Assembly (NCBI GenBank): GCA_028274765.1 | Contig: JAQCND010000540.1 | Span: 1-44,340 of the forward strand | From: Bradymonadaceae bacterium | GTDB lineage: Bacteria; Myxococcota_A; Bradymonadia; Bradymonadales; Bradymonadaceae | DNA: 44,340 nucleotides | Reading direction: 5' to 3' | In this document: one piece after another, positions 9,015 to 18,677 of the stretch | Layout: every line of letters begins with the position of its first letter | How positions within the stretch are numbered: position 1 is the stretch's first letter | The notes under the pieces: generated by a model | What the model was told of the DNA's origin: nothing | The model's input: only the letters and a program-made list of their open reading frames with translations | Database searches by the model: none | Program-made: the position numbers and the translations under genes

Positions 9015-12000
9015 TTGAGTTCCACTCTTCAACGCCGCATCGCCCTGGCTGGTCTCAGGCGGGGATGGCTCGATCGAGAACAAGTTGTTGATATATTGCT
9101 CGAGATCGGACGCCGCCTCGAACGCGACGAGTCACTCGAGCCCAGCTTCTGGATTCAGCAAGACGCTCTCTCCGAGGCCGAGCTGGAGACGATCCTCGAT
9201 GCCTTCCATTCCCCTTCAGAGGAAGAAGAGTCGAGTGAGTCCCTCGAGCTTCCACCGGAGACGGGCGAAATGTCGTTCGACGAGGCTGAAACGCCCATCG
9301 TCTCTCGTCCTCCTCTCGGGGTTCGAGATTCCGACAAGGACGACGAGGATTTTCAGCTGAGCACGTCCGAAGCCAATACTGAGCCCTCTCCGTCCCCCAT
9401 TCCGGAGGTCGCGGATTGCGAACCCTCCACCGAATCCGAATCCCTCGAGCGAGCGGCGGATGCGACCAGCCATCTCGACGCCGAAATGTACGACACGGCG
9501 GCTGAAACGCTGACGTCGTCCCCCGACGAGGCTATCACTCCATTGGGGCTCCAGCCCGACGACCCCTCGCGCTCCGGCCGGACGCTCGCATCGGATGACG
9601 AGGCCGACAAATCTGCATCCGGCGTCGAATCGCCCGAGGAACAACCGAGTGAAGGCAACTCCTCGCCGTCTCCGAAAGCGGACGACAGTTACTACGGTCA
9701 AAACCGCATCGTCGAGGCCGCGCGCCGCGAAGAGCATCTCGATCCCGGGGAACGCTTCGTACTCGACGAGGAGCTCGGAAGCGGGGGCAGTGGTCGTGTC
9801 GTACGGGCGCTCGATCGCTTGCTGGGGCGGACGGTGGCCATGAAAATCCTGTATCGCGACAGTCAGTCTGACCCCGAATCACTCTCGCGATTCATCGCCG
9901 AAGCTCAGGCGACGGGGCAGCTCGAGCATCCCAACATCGTGCCGATCTACGATTTCGGGGTCCTTCCCAACGGGGATGTCTTCTATACGATGCGGGAGGT
10001 CGAGGGGCATTCGCTTCGTCACCTTCTCCAGCAGCTTCGAGAGAACGATCGCGCTCGCGAAGAGTACACGCTCGTTCGACTACTCAATATCCTCCGTCAG
10101 GTCAGTCAGGCCGTCCACTATGCTCACGTCCGCTCGGTCATTCACCGCGATCTCAAACCCGAGAACATCATGCTCGGGGATTACGGTGAAGTGCTTGTCA
10201 TGGACTGGGGGCTGGCTCACGTCTTGGATCAGGATGTCACGACTCTCCACGACACCGACGGCGACAGCGACGGCCAGACACTCGGAACGCCCAGTTACAT
10301 GCCCCCCGAGCAGGCTCGAGGCAATCTCGCTCAGATTGACGAGCGCAGTGACATCTACAGCCTCGGAGCGCTCCTTTACGAAATACTGACGCTCGACCCT
10401 CCCTACACGGGCGACGATCCCGTCGATATCATGTGGAAGGTGGTCGATGCCGATCTGCCCGCTCCCTCGGAGCATGCCCGGGAGACTCGAGACGTTCCCG
10501 ATGAGCTGGAGCGCATCTGCCTGAAAGCCATGGAGCCGTCGCGCGACGGGCGCTATGACTCGGCGCGACAGTTTGCCGAAGCGATCGAGACATGGCTCGA
10601 GGGATTGCGTCCCCGAGAAGCCGAGCGACGTATCCGTGAGGGGCGTCGGGCGGCTCAGCAGTATCACGAACTAATTGAGCAGGTCGAAGCACACGATGCC
10701 AATGCCCGTCAGCTTCGCGGCGATATCGAGGACTGGGAGCCCATCGAGCGGAAACGCGACTACTGGGAGCTCGAGGATAAACGCGACGAACTCGAAGCCT
10801 CGAGCACCCGAGCGTTCTGTCGGGCCATCACACACTTTACCCAGGCGCTCGCCCACGATCCCGACGACCCCCGTGCTCGCAAGGGGCTGGCTGATCTGTA
10901 CTGGAGTCGCTTCCGGCGAGCCGAGAAACGTGGGGACCTCATCAACACCATTTATTTCAAGACGCTCGTCGAACACTACGATACGGGCACCTATGCCTCC
11001 CTGCTCGAGGGGTATGGCGACCTGCGGGTCCTCTCCCAGCCCGAACACGCCGACGTCGAGCTGCAAGCTTATGAAGAGCAGGAACGTCGACTGGTATCGT
11101 CTCCACCGGAATCGCTGGGGACGACCCCCCTGGAATTCTCACAGGTCCCGCTCGGAAGCTACGAACTGAACATCCATCACGACCGGCGACAGTCGGTCAC
11201 CTACCCGATCTACGTCGAACGCGACCGCGATACGCACGTCCATGTGCGTCTGCCCGACCCCAGTCACGTCGCCGACGGGTGCGTCTACATCCCCTCGGGG
11301 CGCTTCATCACCGGGGGCGACCCCGAGGCCTTCAATCCCCGTCCTCAGGCGCGCCGCTTTGTCGACGCCTTCTGCTGTGCTCGATTCCCGGTGACGTTCG
11401 GGGCCTATCTCGAGTGGTTCAACGAACTGTACGAACGCGAGGGGGAGGCGGCGATGGAACGGGCTCCGCAGACGCGAAAATCCGAGGGGCTCTTGATCAC
11501 GTACGATGACTCGCGCGAGCGCTGGATTCCGGACGATATTCTCATCGAGGGGGAAGCGCGCCACCGGTATCCGGCCGGCGAAGGGTACGAGGCTCGGCTC
11601 CCCGTGATCGGGATCCGGGCCGAAGATGCTGAGGCGTACTGTCGGTGGCGAAGTGAACGCGATGGCTTCGCCTATCGCCTCCCGACGGCCGACGAGCTCG
11701 AGAAGGCAGGGCGAGGCGTCGATGGTCGATACTTTCCCTGGGGCGATCGCTTCGACGCCAACTTCTGTAAGATGCGTTCGTCGCGTCCAGACAAGCCCCC
11801 TCAACCCGAGCCCGTCGGCACCTTCGAGGACGATTGTTCTCCCTATGGCGTCCGCGACCTGGCCGGTGGCGTCCAGGAATGGTGTCAGAGTGAAGACGCT
11901 TCGACCCCCGAGCGACCGCTCAAGGGGGGGAGCTGGAATGTCGATGCACGTCTCTGCCGGCTCGCCAGCTCCATGAAAGTCATCGCTGCCGCTCGAACGG

Positions 12001-12059
12001 CCAAAGTGGGATTTCGCCTCGTCCACGATCTCCCGGAGCAGGCCTCCCGTCTCGATTGA
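9015..12059 (+). CDS. multidomain Ser/Thr protein kinase with a C-terminal FGE-sulfatase (SUMF1-like) domain
   Basis: Hanks kinase motifs are present (GSGGSGRV, VAMK, HRDLKPEN, DWGLA, GTPSYMPPE). It also has an acidic disordered N-terminal region of about 250 aa, a PEGA-like beta segment and an FGE-sulfatase signature (RLPTADELEKAGRG..YFPWGD..GVRDLAGGVQEW..KGGSW). A strong RBS precedes the TTG start. Confidence 0.9.
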   Translation: MSSTLQRRIALAGLRRGWLDREQVVDILLEIGRRLERDESLEPSFWIQQDALSEAELETILDAFHSPSEEEESSESLELPPETGEMSFDEAETPIVSRPPLGVRDSDKDDEDFQLSTSEANTEPSPSPIPEVADCEPSTESESLERAADATSHLDAEMYDTAAETLTSSPDEAITPLGLQPDDPSRSGRTLASDDEADKSASGVESPEEQPSEGNSSPSPKADDSYYGQNRIVEAARREEHLDPGERFVLDEELGSGGSGRVVRALDRLLGRTVAMKILYRDSQSDPESLSRFIAEAQATGQLEHPNIVPIYDFGVLPNGDVFYTMREVEGHSLRHLLQQLRENDRAREEYTLVRLLNILRQVSQAVHYAHVRSVIHRDLKPENIMLGDYGEVLVMDWGLAHVLDQDVTTLHDTDGDSDGQTLGTPSYMPPEQARGNLAQIDERSDIYSLGALLYEILTLDPPYTGDDPVDIMWKVVDADLPAPSEHARETRDVPDELERICLKAMEPSRDGRYDSARQFAEAIETWLEGLRPREAERRIREGRRAAQQYHELIEQVEAHDANARQLRGDIEDWEPIERKRDYWELEDKRDELEASSTRAFCRAITHFTQALAHDPDDPRARKGLADLYWSRFRRAEKRGDLINTIYFKTLVEHYDTGTYASLLEGYGDLRVLSQPEHADVELQAYEEQERRLVSSPPESLGTTPLEFSQVPLGSYELNIHHDRRQSVTYPIYVERDRDTHVHVRLPDPSHVADGCVYIPSGRFITGGDPEAFNPRPQARRFVDAFCCARFPVTFGAYLEWFNELYEREGEAAMERAPQTRKSEGLLITYDDSRERWIPDDILIEGEARHRYPAGEGYEARLPVIGIRAEDAEAYCRWRSERDGFAYRLPTADELEKAGRGVDGRYFPWGDRFDANFCKMRSSRPDKPPQPEPVGTFEDDCSPYGVRDLAGGVQEWCQSEDASTPERPLKGGSWNVDARLCRLASSMKVIAAARTAKVGFRLVHDLPEQASRLD

Positions 12060-12077
12060 ACCGCTCGTCTCGCTTTA

Positions 12078-12092
12078 GGGGCGTCACGCCCC
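12078..12092. terminator. short GC hairpin (GGGGCG-TCA-CGCCCC) between the convergent kinase and yifB genes
   Basis: Perfect 6-bp stem with a 3-nt loop, 19 nt after the kinase stop. The loop is the yifB stop codon. There is no U-tract, so terminator function is uncertain. Confidence 0.2.
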
Positions 12093-13661
12093 GAGTGCTC
12101 GATCGGAGTGAGGCGCAATCTCGAGATCTCGATCGAGACTTCGATACTGCACGGCCTCGGAGATGTCTCCAGCCCGCACGCTGTCGGCCCCGTCGAGATC
12201 GGCAATCGTGCGCGCCACCTTGAGGATACGATCGTAGGCCCGGGCGCTCATGCCCAGCTTGTCGATGACGCGCTCGAGCAGATCGTGGCCCGCCTCGTCG
12301 ACCTCGCAGTGCGTGCGGAGGTCGGAGGGCTGCATCTCCGAGTTCGAGTGCCGTTCGGCTCCTTCGAACCGCCGGGCCTGACGGTCGCGAGCCCGTTGCA
12401 CGCGCGATCTCACGACACTCGAGGGTTCGCCGCGCTCCTTTTCTTTGAGTTTGCGATACGGCACCGCCGGGACCTCCACGTGGATGTCGATGCGGTCCAT
12501 CAACGGGCCCGAGATCTTGTTGCGGTATTGCTGGACGTCGTGGAGTGAGCACTGACATTCCTTCTGATCCGACCCGAAGTATCCACAGCGACACGGATTC
12601 ATCGCCGCCACGAGCATGACGTTGGCGGGGTAAGTCAGGGTTGTCAGACTCCGGCTGATGGTCACTTCCCCCTCCTCGAGGGGTTGGCGCAGCACCTCGA
12701 GGACGTTGCGTCGAAATTCGGGTAGCTCGTCCAAAAAGAGGACGCCGTTGTGGGCGAGGCTGACCTCACCGGGACGCGGTACACCGGACCCGCCCCCCAC
12801 GACGCCGACGTCGCTGATCGTATGATGAGGGCTTCGAAAGGGACGTCGTCCGAGCAGTCCCTGATCAGCGGGAAGCTCGCCCGTGACGCTGTAAATCTTC
12901 GTCGCCTCGAGAGATTCCTCGAAGGTCATCTCCGGGAGAATCGTGGGAATACGCTTGGCGAGCATCGATTTGCCCGAGCCCGGTGGTCCGACCAGAAGGA
13001 CGTTGTGGCCGCCGGCCGCGGCGACTTCGAGGGCGCGTTTGACGGATTCTTGACCGGCCACCTCGTCGAAATCGACCGGATACTCGCCGCCGAGTGCCTC
13101 CGAGTCATCGGCATCGGCCGCGACGGGTTCGATGGTGTGTTCTCCCCGAATCAGAGATGTCACTTCGGTCAAATGATTCACGGGGAGCACTTCGATGTCG
13201 GAGACGACTGCCGCCTCTCGGGCGTTGGCCTCCGGCAGGATGATCCCGTCGAGCCCGCGATCCCGAGCCGATACGGCAAGAGGGAGGGCGCCGTCGATTC
13301 CTCGCACCTCTCCGTTCAGCCCGAGTTCCCCGACGACCAGATAATCTTCAAGATCGAACCCCCCGCGTTCGGTGGGAATCTCGCGTTGAGCCGCCAGGAT
13401 CCCGACGGTCATCGGCAGATCGAAAGCCGTGCCATCCTTCCGAATATCGGCGGGGGCGAGGTTGAGCGTGATGCGATGATCGGGGAATTCGTAGCCGGCA
13501 TTTTCCATGGCGGCGGGGATGCGGCGGCGCGCCTCGCGCACGGCTCCCTCGGGCAATCCCACGATGTGGAAGACCTGCATCCCGTATGTGATGTCGACTT
13601 CGACGTCGACGGCGTAGGCGTCGATCCCGAGAACGGCCCCGGATGAAATGCGTGCCAACAT
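12084..13661 (-). CDS. yifB: YifB/ComM-family Mg-chelatase-like AAA+ ATPase
   Basis: MLARISSGAVLGIDAYAVDVEVD, Walker A VLLVGPPGSGKSML, GVLFLDELPEF and the zinc-ribbon-like segment MNPCRCGYFGSDQKECQC are present. The ATG at 13661 gives the family-typical N-terminus. Confidence 0.9.
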   Translation of the reverse strand: MLARISSGAVLGIDAYAVDVEVDITYGMQVFHIVGLPEGAVREARRRIPAAMENAGYEFPDHRITLNLAPADIRKDGTAFDLPMTVGILAAQREIPTERGGFDLEDYLVVGELGLNGEVRGIDGALPLAVSARDRGLDGIILPEANAREAAVVSDIEVLPVNHLTEVTSLIRGEHTIEPVAADADDSEALGGEYPVDFDEVAGQESVKRALEVAAAGGHNVLLVGPPGSGKSMLAKRIPTILPEMTFEESLEATKIYSVTGELPADQGLLGRRPFRSPHHTISDVGVVGGGSGVPRPGEVSLAHNGVLFLDELPEFRRNVLEVLRQPLEEGEVTISRSLTTLTYPANVMLVAAMNPCRCGYFGSDQKECQCSLHDVQQYRNKISGPLMDRIDIHVEVPAVPYRKLKEKERGEPSSVVRSRVQRARDRQARRFEGAERHSNSEMQPSDLRTHCEVDEAGHDLLERVIDKLGMSARAYDRILKVARTIADLDGADSVRAGDISEAVQYRSLDRDLEIAPHSDRALGA

Positions 13662-13782
13662 GATGTGCTCCGTGATGTACACTCCCGATGATGGTGACGA
13701 TCGACGAGGGGCAACCCCCCTCGTTTATGATCATCGGCGCGATCGGGGGATTTGTTGTGTCACCGGAGCATGTGGCGAGCCG

Positions 13783-14253
13783 TCAACCGGCCTCGTCGAG
13801 GTCTTCCAGAATGTGCTGACGCTCCCCGAGTTCGTCGGTAAAATCCTGAAGACGCTTGAGTGATTGGCGGTCGTCGGACTGGAGTTGAGAAGACATTTGG
13901 GCCATCTCCGAGAGAAACGTCGAGATGTCCTCTTGGACCTGCTGTTCGAGCCGATCGAGATCGTCGGGAGCACGAGCTCCCGTCAGCTCCGAGGCCGTTT
14001 CAGACATGTCCGAGAGGGTCTCGATCCGTTCCTGGGCTTGGATGAGGCTGTCGAGATGCTCCCGACAATCTTCGAGGAGCTGTTCGGCCTGAGCTCGGTC
14101 CTCCTCGTCGACGCTCTCTAGGATGAGCCCCTTCATGTCGCGAAACTGGCTCGAGAGTCGCCGTTCGGGCGTCATGAAAGCCCGGTACATCGAATACACG
14201 ACGATTGCCAGAGCGGCCATGCCTCCCAACACGACGGCCAGAAGTCGCACCAT
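13783..14253 (-). CDS. membrane-anchored acidic coiled-coil protein
   Basis: N-terminal TM helix (MVRLLAVVLGGMAALAIVVYSMY) followed by an acidic helical region. It is on the same strand as, and between, the lipoprotein genes and yifB. Confidence 0.55.
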   Translation of the reverse strand: MVRLLAVVLGGMAALAIVVYSMYRAFMTPERRLSSQFRDMKGLILESVDEEDRAQAEQLLEDCREHLDSLIQAQERIETLSDMSETASELTGARAPDDLDRLEQQVQEDISTFLSEMAQMSSQLQSDDRQSLKRLQDFTDELGERQHILEDLDEAG

Positions 14254-14331
14254 GACAGAGGACGAGATCGGAGGAGCGGAGAGTGAATCGAGTCAGAAAC
14301 GGGGCGTCTCGGGCCGTACGACGCGCGAGCC

Positions 14332-15339
14332 CTATCGCCAGCAGTCGTACGAGTAATGAGTGACGAGTTCAATCGTGCCATCGCCCCCCTGATCCTGGAG
14401 CTCTCGCACGAGATTGCCCCGATCGTCGTACTCGAAGTGGGTGGCTTCGTCTATCGTTCCGTCGGCCCCGCGGTCGACAGCCACCCGCGTGCGTCGTCCT
14501 TCGTTGTTGGTATCGATGTGCACGATCCGGTTGGTCTGCCCGTTTCCTCCTCGATCGATGCGCTTGACGGTCATGTTGCCGTCGGCGTCGTATTCGAAGG
14601 AGACGATGCGTTCGTACGTACCGTCGCCGCCCTGATCGAGCCGGTGCTCGACACGCCGCCCCTTCTCGTTGTACCTGTATTCGACGATCTCTTCGACCTT
14701 CCCGTCGGCATCTCGATCCCGGCGCTCGGCGACACGCCGCCCTTCGTCGTACTCGTAGTTGAACAGGGCGTCGTCGTCACCGGTATCATTGATATCGACC
14801 GCCTTCTGGATGCGCCGCCCCTGGGAGTCGTAGGTGTAGCGAACGACTTTTTCGGCATGTCCGTCTGCATCGAGATCGAGTTCGGTGCGGATGCGTCGAG
14901 CGTTGTCGTTGTAAGCGTACTGTCGAATCTCTTCAGCGCTTCCATCGACGTTGTCGTCCTTTCGCTTCTCGACCAGTCGGTCCTCCTCGTACGTGTAGTA
15001 AAATCGGGTATCGGCCGCTCCATCAGCCCCATGATCGTAGATTTCTTCGAGGACGCGGCCCGAACCGTCGTATTGGCGAGTCAGTGTCCATTCGGGACGG
15101 CCGTCGTTTTGGCGATCTCCAATTTCGACGCAGAATCCAGGATAGGGGGGATCGGTGCGATACACGCTCTCGACCGAGGGGGAGGCCGGCATGGAAGCAA
15201 CCCGAGGGTCTTTGGGCTCTTCGAGGGGGCCGCTGTGGAGGCATCCCGTCAGCATGGCCCCCCAGACGATCCCCCCCAGAGAGGTCAGGTACAGTCGAAA
15301 CACGAGATGTATTCTCGAAGACAGTGTTGGCGAATACAT
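14332..15339 (-). CDS. lipoprotein with nine tandem ~30-aa YD-repeat-like / DxDxDG calcium-binding-like repeats
   Basis: Lipobox signal peptide (LYLTSLGGIVWGAMLTGC). The repeats follow the pattern D-x-(D/G)-x-DG-x4-(I/V)-x-(Y/F)-x-Y-(D/N)-x2-GR-x-(V/I), for example DLDADGHAEKVVRYTYDSQGRRI and DRDADGKVEEIVEYRYNEKGRRV. An alternative GTG start at 15303 would reduce the overlap with the upstream gene. Confidence 0.7.
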   Translation of the reverse strand: MYSPTLSSRIHLVFRLYLTSLGGIVWGAMLTGCLHSGPLEEPKDPRVASMPASPSVESVYRTDPPYPGFCVEIGDRQNDGRPEWTLTRQYDGSGRVLEEIYDHGADGAADTRFYYTYEEDRLVEKRKDDNVDGSAEEIRQYAYNDNARRIRTELDLDADGHAEKVVRYTYDSQGRRIQKAVDINDTGDDDALFNYEYDEGRRVAERRDRDADGKVEEIVEYRYNEKGRRVEHRLDQGGDGTYERIVSFEYDADGNMTVKRIDRGGNGQTNRIVHIDTNNEGRRTRVAVDRGADGTIDEATHFEYDDRGNLVRELQDQGGDGTIELVTHYSYDCWR

Positions 15340-16694
15340 CCGTAGGTGGGAGGGATGGAACAATGAGTTTGGATGCAGCGTTCGAAATCCTTCGAGTGTT
15401 GACGTCCCGATGAGCTGATGCGTTTCCCACAATTGTCGAGACACGATTGATCACCTTCGCTGCAACGCGAGCGACAGCGGTAGAATTCCGAGCAGGAGAG
15501 CGACTGGCCCGAGGTCTTGGCGTGACACGTGTCGTAAGCACTGGAGCACGTCTGCCTCAGACACATCGCGGGTTCCGGAGTCTGACTGCATCGTTTGTTC
15601 GCGCATCGAGCCAACTGATTGTAGGCCTGACGAGCTGACACGGCTCCTCGCTCGAAGATGGTCTGCTCGCACCGATCGTCACCGGGCGCACACGGGCGGA
15701 TGCACATGTTGAGCTGATAGCAGTTCAGACACGATTCGTCGACTTGGCCGTCACAATCGTTGTCTTTGCCATCGCAGGCGTTCTCGTCGCTTTGGTAGTT
15801 GGAGGCGGCGCGATACGAGCGGGAGCAGTCGGTCCAGCTGCCCTGCTGACAGATCTGTTCGGTTCCCTGACACACGCCCTCCTGTTTGGGGCAATCGCGC
15901 CGTAGGTTTTCGTCGACCTCCCCGTCACAGTCGTTGTCCGTCCCGTCGCACGTCTCGTCCATACCGGGCGCCCGGTTGGGAGCGCGATCGTCGCAGTCCT
16001 CGTTCGCGGCTACACCATCGTTGTCCCGGTCGATCGGGACACAGTCGAGATTTTGGCTTCGATAGCCCGGTCGGCAGTTGCAGGTCGCTTGTCCATTCTC
16101 GATGCGACAGATGCCGTGTCCGCTGCAGTTGATGCTGCGACAGGGATCACGCTCTCTGACACACGTTCCACTCTGGACAACGTAGCTCGACTCGCACTCA
16201 CAGCGCGTGCCCAGAGAGGTGGACTGACAGGTACCGTGATCGCCGCAGTCGCGCTTCTCACACGGATCGGAGGGGGAGGACGTATCCGTTCGAGGGCTCG
16301 TATCGCGGTGAGTCGTCGTATCGGGTGAGGAGACGTCGGGATTCGGACCCGTGTCGTGTCGGCAGGGAGGCGTCGAGCAATCCGGGCTGTCGGTCGCATC
16401 CTCTTCGGTTGCACTGGTATCGAGCGACGAGGGGCCCGTATCGGTGGGAGATGGGAGCGAGCTTCCGCCGGGCCCGCTGCCCTCCTCGCTGGCTGTGGGA
16501 CCTCTCGCGCTGCTGCCCGAGGGACCGATGCGATCGACGCCTCCCGCATCCGGTTCGTCCGACGAGAGCTCTCCGTTGGCACACCCCGTCATGCCCGACA
16601 CGAGACTCAGAGGAAGTGCAACGAGCAGAGAGAGCTCGACGAGAGACGTCTCTCGCACCCTCTCGATATGTTCACTGTCGGGATCTCGGTTCAT
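15285..16694 (-). CDS. Cys-rich lipoprotein with EGF-like modules and MopE-type putative metal-binding motifs
   Basis: Lipobox (LLVALPLSLVSGMTGC), then a long D/S/T/P-rich linker. It has two EGF-like units (CGDHGTCQS..RCEC, CSGHGICRI..TCNC) and two CDG-x-DNDCDG-x-VDE motifs. The helical C-terminal domain carries many Cys. ATG at 16694. Confidence 0.7.
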   Translation of the reverse strand: MNRDPDSEHIERVRETSLVELSLLVALPLSLVSGMTGCANGELSSDEPDAGGVDRIGPSGSSARGPTASEEGSGPGGSSLPSPTDTGPSSLDTSATEEDATDSPDCSTPPCRHDTGPNPDVSSPDTTTHRDTSPRTDTSSPSDPCEKRDCGDHGTCQSTSLGTRCECESSYVVQSGTCVRERDPCRSINCSGHGICRIENGQATCNCRPGYRSQNLDCVPIDRDNDGVAANEDCDDRAPNRAPGMDETCDGTDNDCDGEVDENLRRDCPKQEGVCQGTEQICQQGSWTDCSRSYRAASNYQSDENACDGKDNDCDGQVDESCLNCYQLNMCIRPCAPGDDRCEQTIFERGAVSARQAYNQLARCANKRCSQTPEPAMCLRQTCSSAYDTCHAKTSGQSLSCSEFYRCRSRCSEGDQSCLDNCGKRISSSGRQHSKDFERCIQTHCSIPPTYGCIRQHCLREYISCFDCT

Positions 16695-17192
16695 CGTGGG
16701 ATTGTCGGCGATGGAAGCATTGGGAGATCGACTTGCGATGGAGGATATGTGATACGTCCACGAACTTGTAGAAAGGTCGAGACCAGGAATCAAATCCCAC
16801 TCTGGTCCAGCCATACCTCGCGTTTTTGTTCTGACACACTCTCTGCACGATGAGACAGGACATCACGGAGCGACTTGACGCAACACATCGGTCCGATCTG
16901 CCGACGATCATAAATAGAGGGGAGAGCGGCGAGCGGTCAGGGGTTTGGAAGGATCTCGCCGCCGCCCACACCGCTGCTTGCATGGTGTGACCTCCTCTCG
17001 GAACGATCAGCCGGTTTGCAGCGGGCGGCGCGCGCAGGTGCGTTTGAGGGAGAAACGAGGACAGGTGTATCTTCAATGTGACCCTGCATGCGAGCGGATG
17101 TGGGTGCGGGTCGCCTCGATTCCCTTGATCATCTCCGTGGCCCCCCGTATTTCAGAGCGCGACTCGACTCGAGCCCTCGAGAAAGGCATCCC

Positions 17193-18554
17193 ATGGTTTC
17201 CCGTCCAGAGCGAGCCCGGCAGCATGTGCGTCGTTATCTCGACGAACAAGCGGTCTCTCCACCGGAGCGCGGGGCGTTTCCCGCCCCCCTCGATACGCTC
17301 CGAGCCTCGGTCGTCATTCCGGCCTACGACGAGCGAGAGACGCTCGGGACCGTCATCGAGGCACTCCGTGGGGCGAGCTCGACACCGGAATGCTTCGAGG
17401 TGATCATCGTTGTCAACCAGCCGAGCGATGCGCCAGCGGCGATCGACCAGGCCAACCGCGAGGCTCTCGAGATGCTCTCGGCCCTCGAGACGCCGTTTCC
17501 CCTCCATGTGATAGATCGTTGCACCGAGGGGCAGGCGTTTCCTCCGGACGAAGCGGGGGTCGGACGAGCGCGACGCCTCGGCATGGATCTGGCACTGGCC
17601 CGGCTTCAGGAGGCCGGGGCCGCCGTCGAGGGGATCATTCCATGTCTCGATGCCGATTCTCCCGCCGAAGAGGGTTATATCGACGACGTCCTCGAGACCT
17701 TCGCGACCGGGCCCGAGGAGATGCTCGCCGGAGTCTGCCGATACCGACACCCGATTCCGGATGTCGACGAGCATGCACGAGCGATCGCGGCCTACGAAAG
17801 CTGGATGCGTTACTTCGAAGCGGGGCTCCACCTGACCCGAACGCCCTATGCCTTTCAGTCGATCGGCTCCTGTATGGTCCTCTCCGCCCAGGGGTACGCA
17901 CTCGCCGACGGTGTACCCCCTCGGCCCGCGCTCAGCGACTTCTACCTCCTCCAGAAAATCATCAAAGCGGGGGGACGAGGGGCCGTCCAGACCATGGAAG
18001 CGCCCATGGTGTATCCATCGGCTCGAACGTCCGAACGCGTACCCCGAGGGACGGGGCCGTCGGTCCAATCGATTCTCGACCACGAGGTCGAGCGCTACAT
18101 TCACGTCGAGCCCCCGGCGACGTTCGAACAGCTCCGGGCCTGGTTTGCGGCCATACGACCGGGGTTCGAAGACCCGGAGCGAATTCGTGATGCGGCCTCC
18201 GACGCTTTGATGGCCTTTCTCGACCAGTGGGACAGCTGGGAGACGATCGCCAGTCTCCGCGAGCACGCCCCGGACGCGGCTCACTTCGAGCGGAGCTTTC
18301 ACGAGTGGTTCGACAGCCTCAAGATCGTTAGGTTTGCCAACATGCTCCGACGTCGGGGAGATACGGTGCCGCTCGTCGACGCCGTTCGACGCGTGCTCGA
18401 GGACCTCGGACGCTCGTCGCGGGCGAAGGCCATCCCGCGAGACGCGTCTCCCCCTTTCGAGGCGGAACACCTTCTCGAGGTGCTCGAGGTGCTGCGCGAG
18501 AGTGAACTCGAATGGAGCCAGGCCGCCTCCCGCGACGACGACACGATGGAGTAA
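17193..18554 (+). CDS. GT-A fold (family-2-like) glycosyltransferase with a ~200-aa C-terminal extension
   Basis: SVVIPAYDERETLGTVIEAL...FEVIIVVNQPSD and a DxD-like CLDADSP. The ATG at 17193 is preferred over the longer ORF. The antisense 541-aa ORF is judged an artefact. Confidence 0.6.
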   Translation: MVSRPERARQHVRRYLDEQAVSPPERGAFPAPLDTLRASVVIPAYDERETLGTVIEALRGASSTPECFEVIIVVNQPSDAPAAIDQANREALEMLSALETPFPLHVIDRCTEGQAFPPDEAGVGRARRLGMDLALARLQEAGAAVEGIIPCLDADSPAEEGYIDDVLETFATGPEEMLAGVCRYRHPIPDVDEHARAIAAYESWMRYFEAGLHLTRTPYAFQSIGSCMVLSAQGYALADGVPPRPALSDFYLLQKIIKAGGRGAVQTMEAPMVYPSARTSERVPRGTGPSVQSILDHEVERYIHVEPPATFEQLRAWFAAIRPGFEDPERIRDAASDALMAFLDQWDSWETIASLREHAPDAAHFERSFHEWFDSLKIVRFANMLRRRGDTVPLVDAVRRVLEDLGRSSRAKAIPRDASPPFEAEHLLEVLEVLRESELEWSQAASRDDDTME

Positions 18555-18677
18555 GAGGAGGGCTCGACCGGCCAGATGAATCGGCCGTGTATGCGTCCTC
18601 TCCTCCGTGGGCCATCCTTGCCGTCTCCTCGCCCCCGTCCTATAAGAGGACCGACATATCATCCCACGAGATGCTAT

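Noticed and set aside
11200-12059. FGE-sulfatase/C-type-lectin-fold C-terminus as a possible diversity-generating retroelement target
   Set aside because: There is no reverse transcriptase, no template-repeat copy of the 3' end and no accessory gene nearby. The next gene is yifB on the opposite strand.
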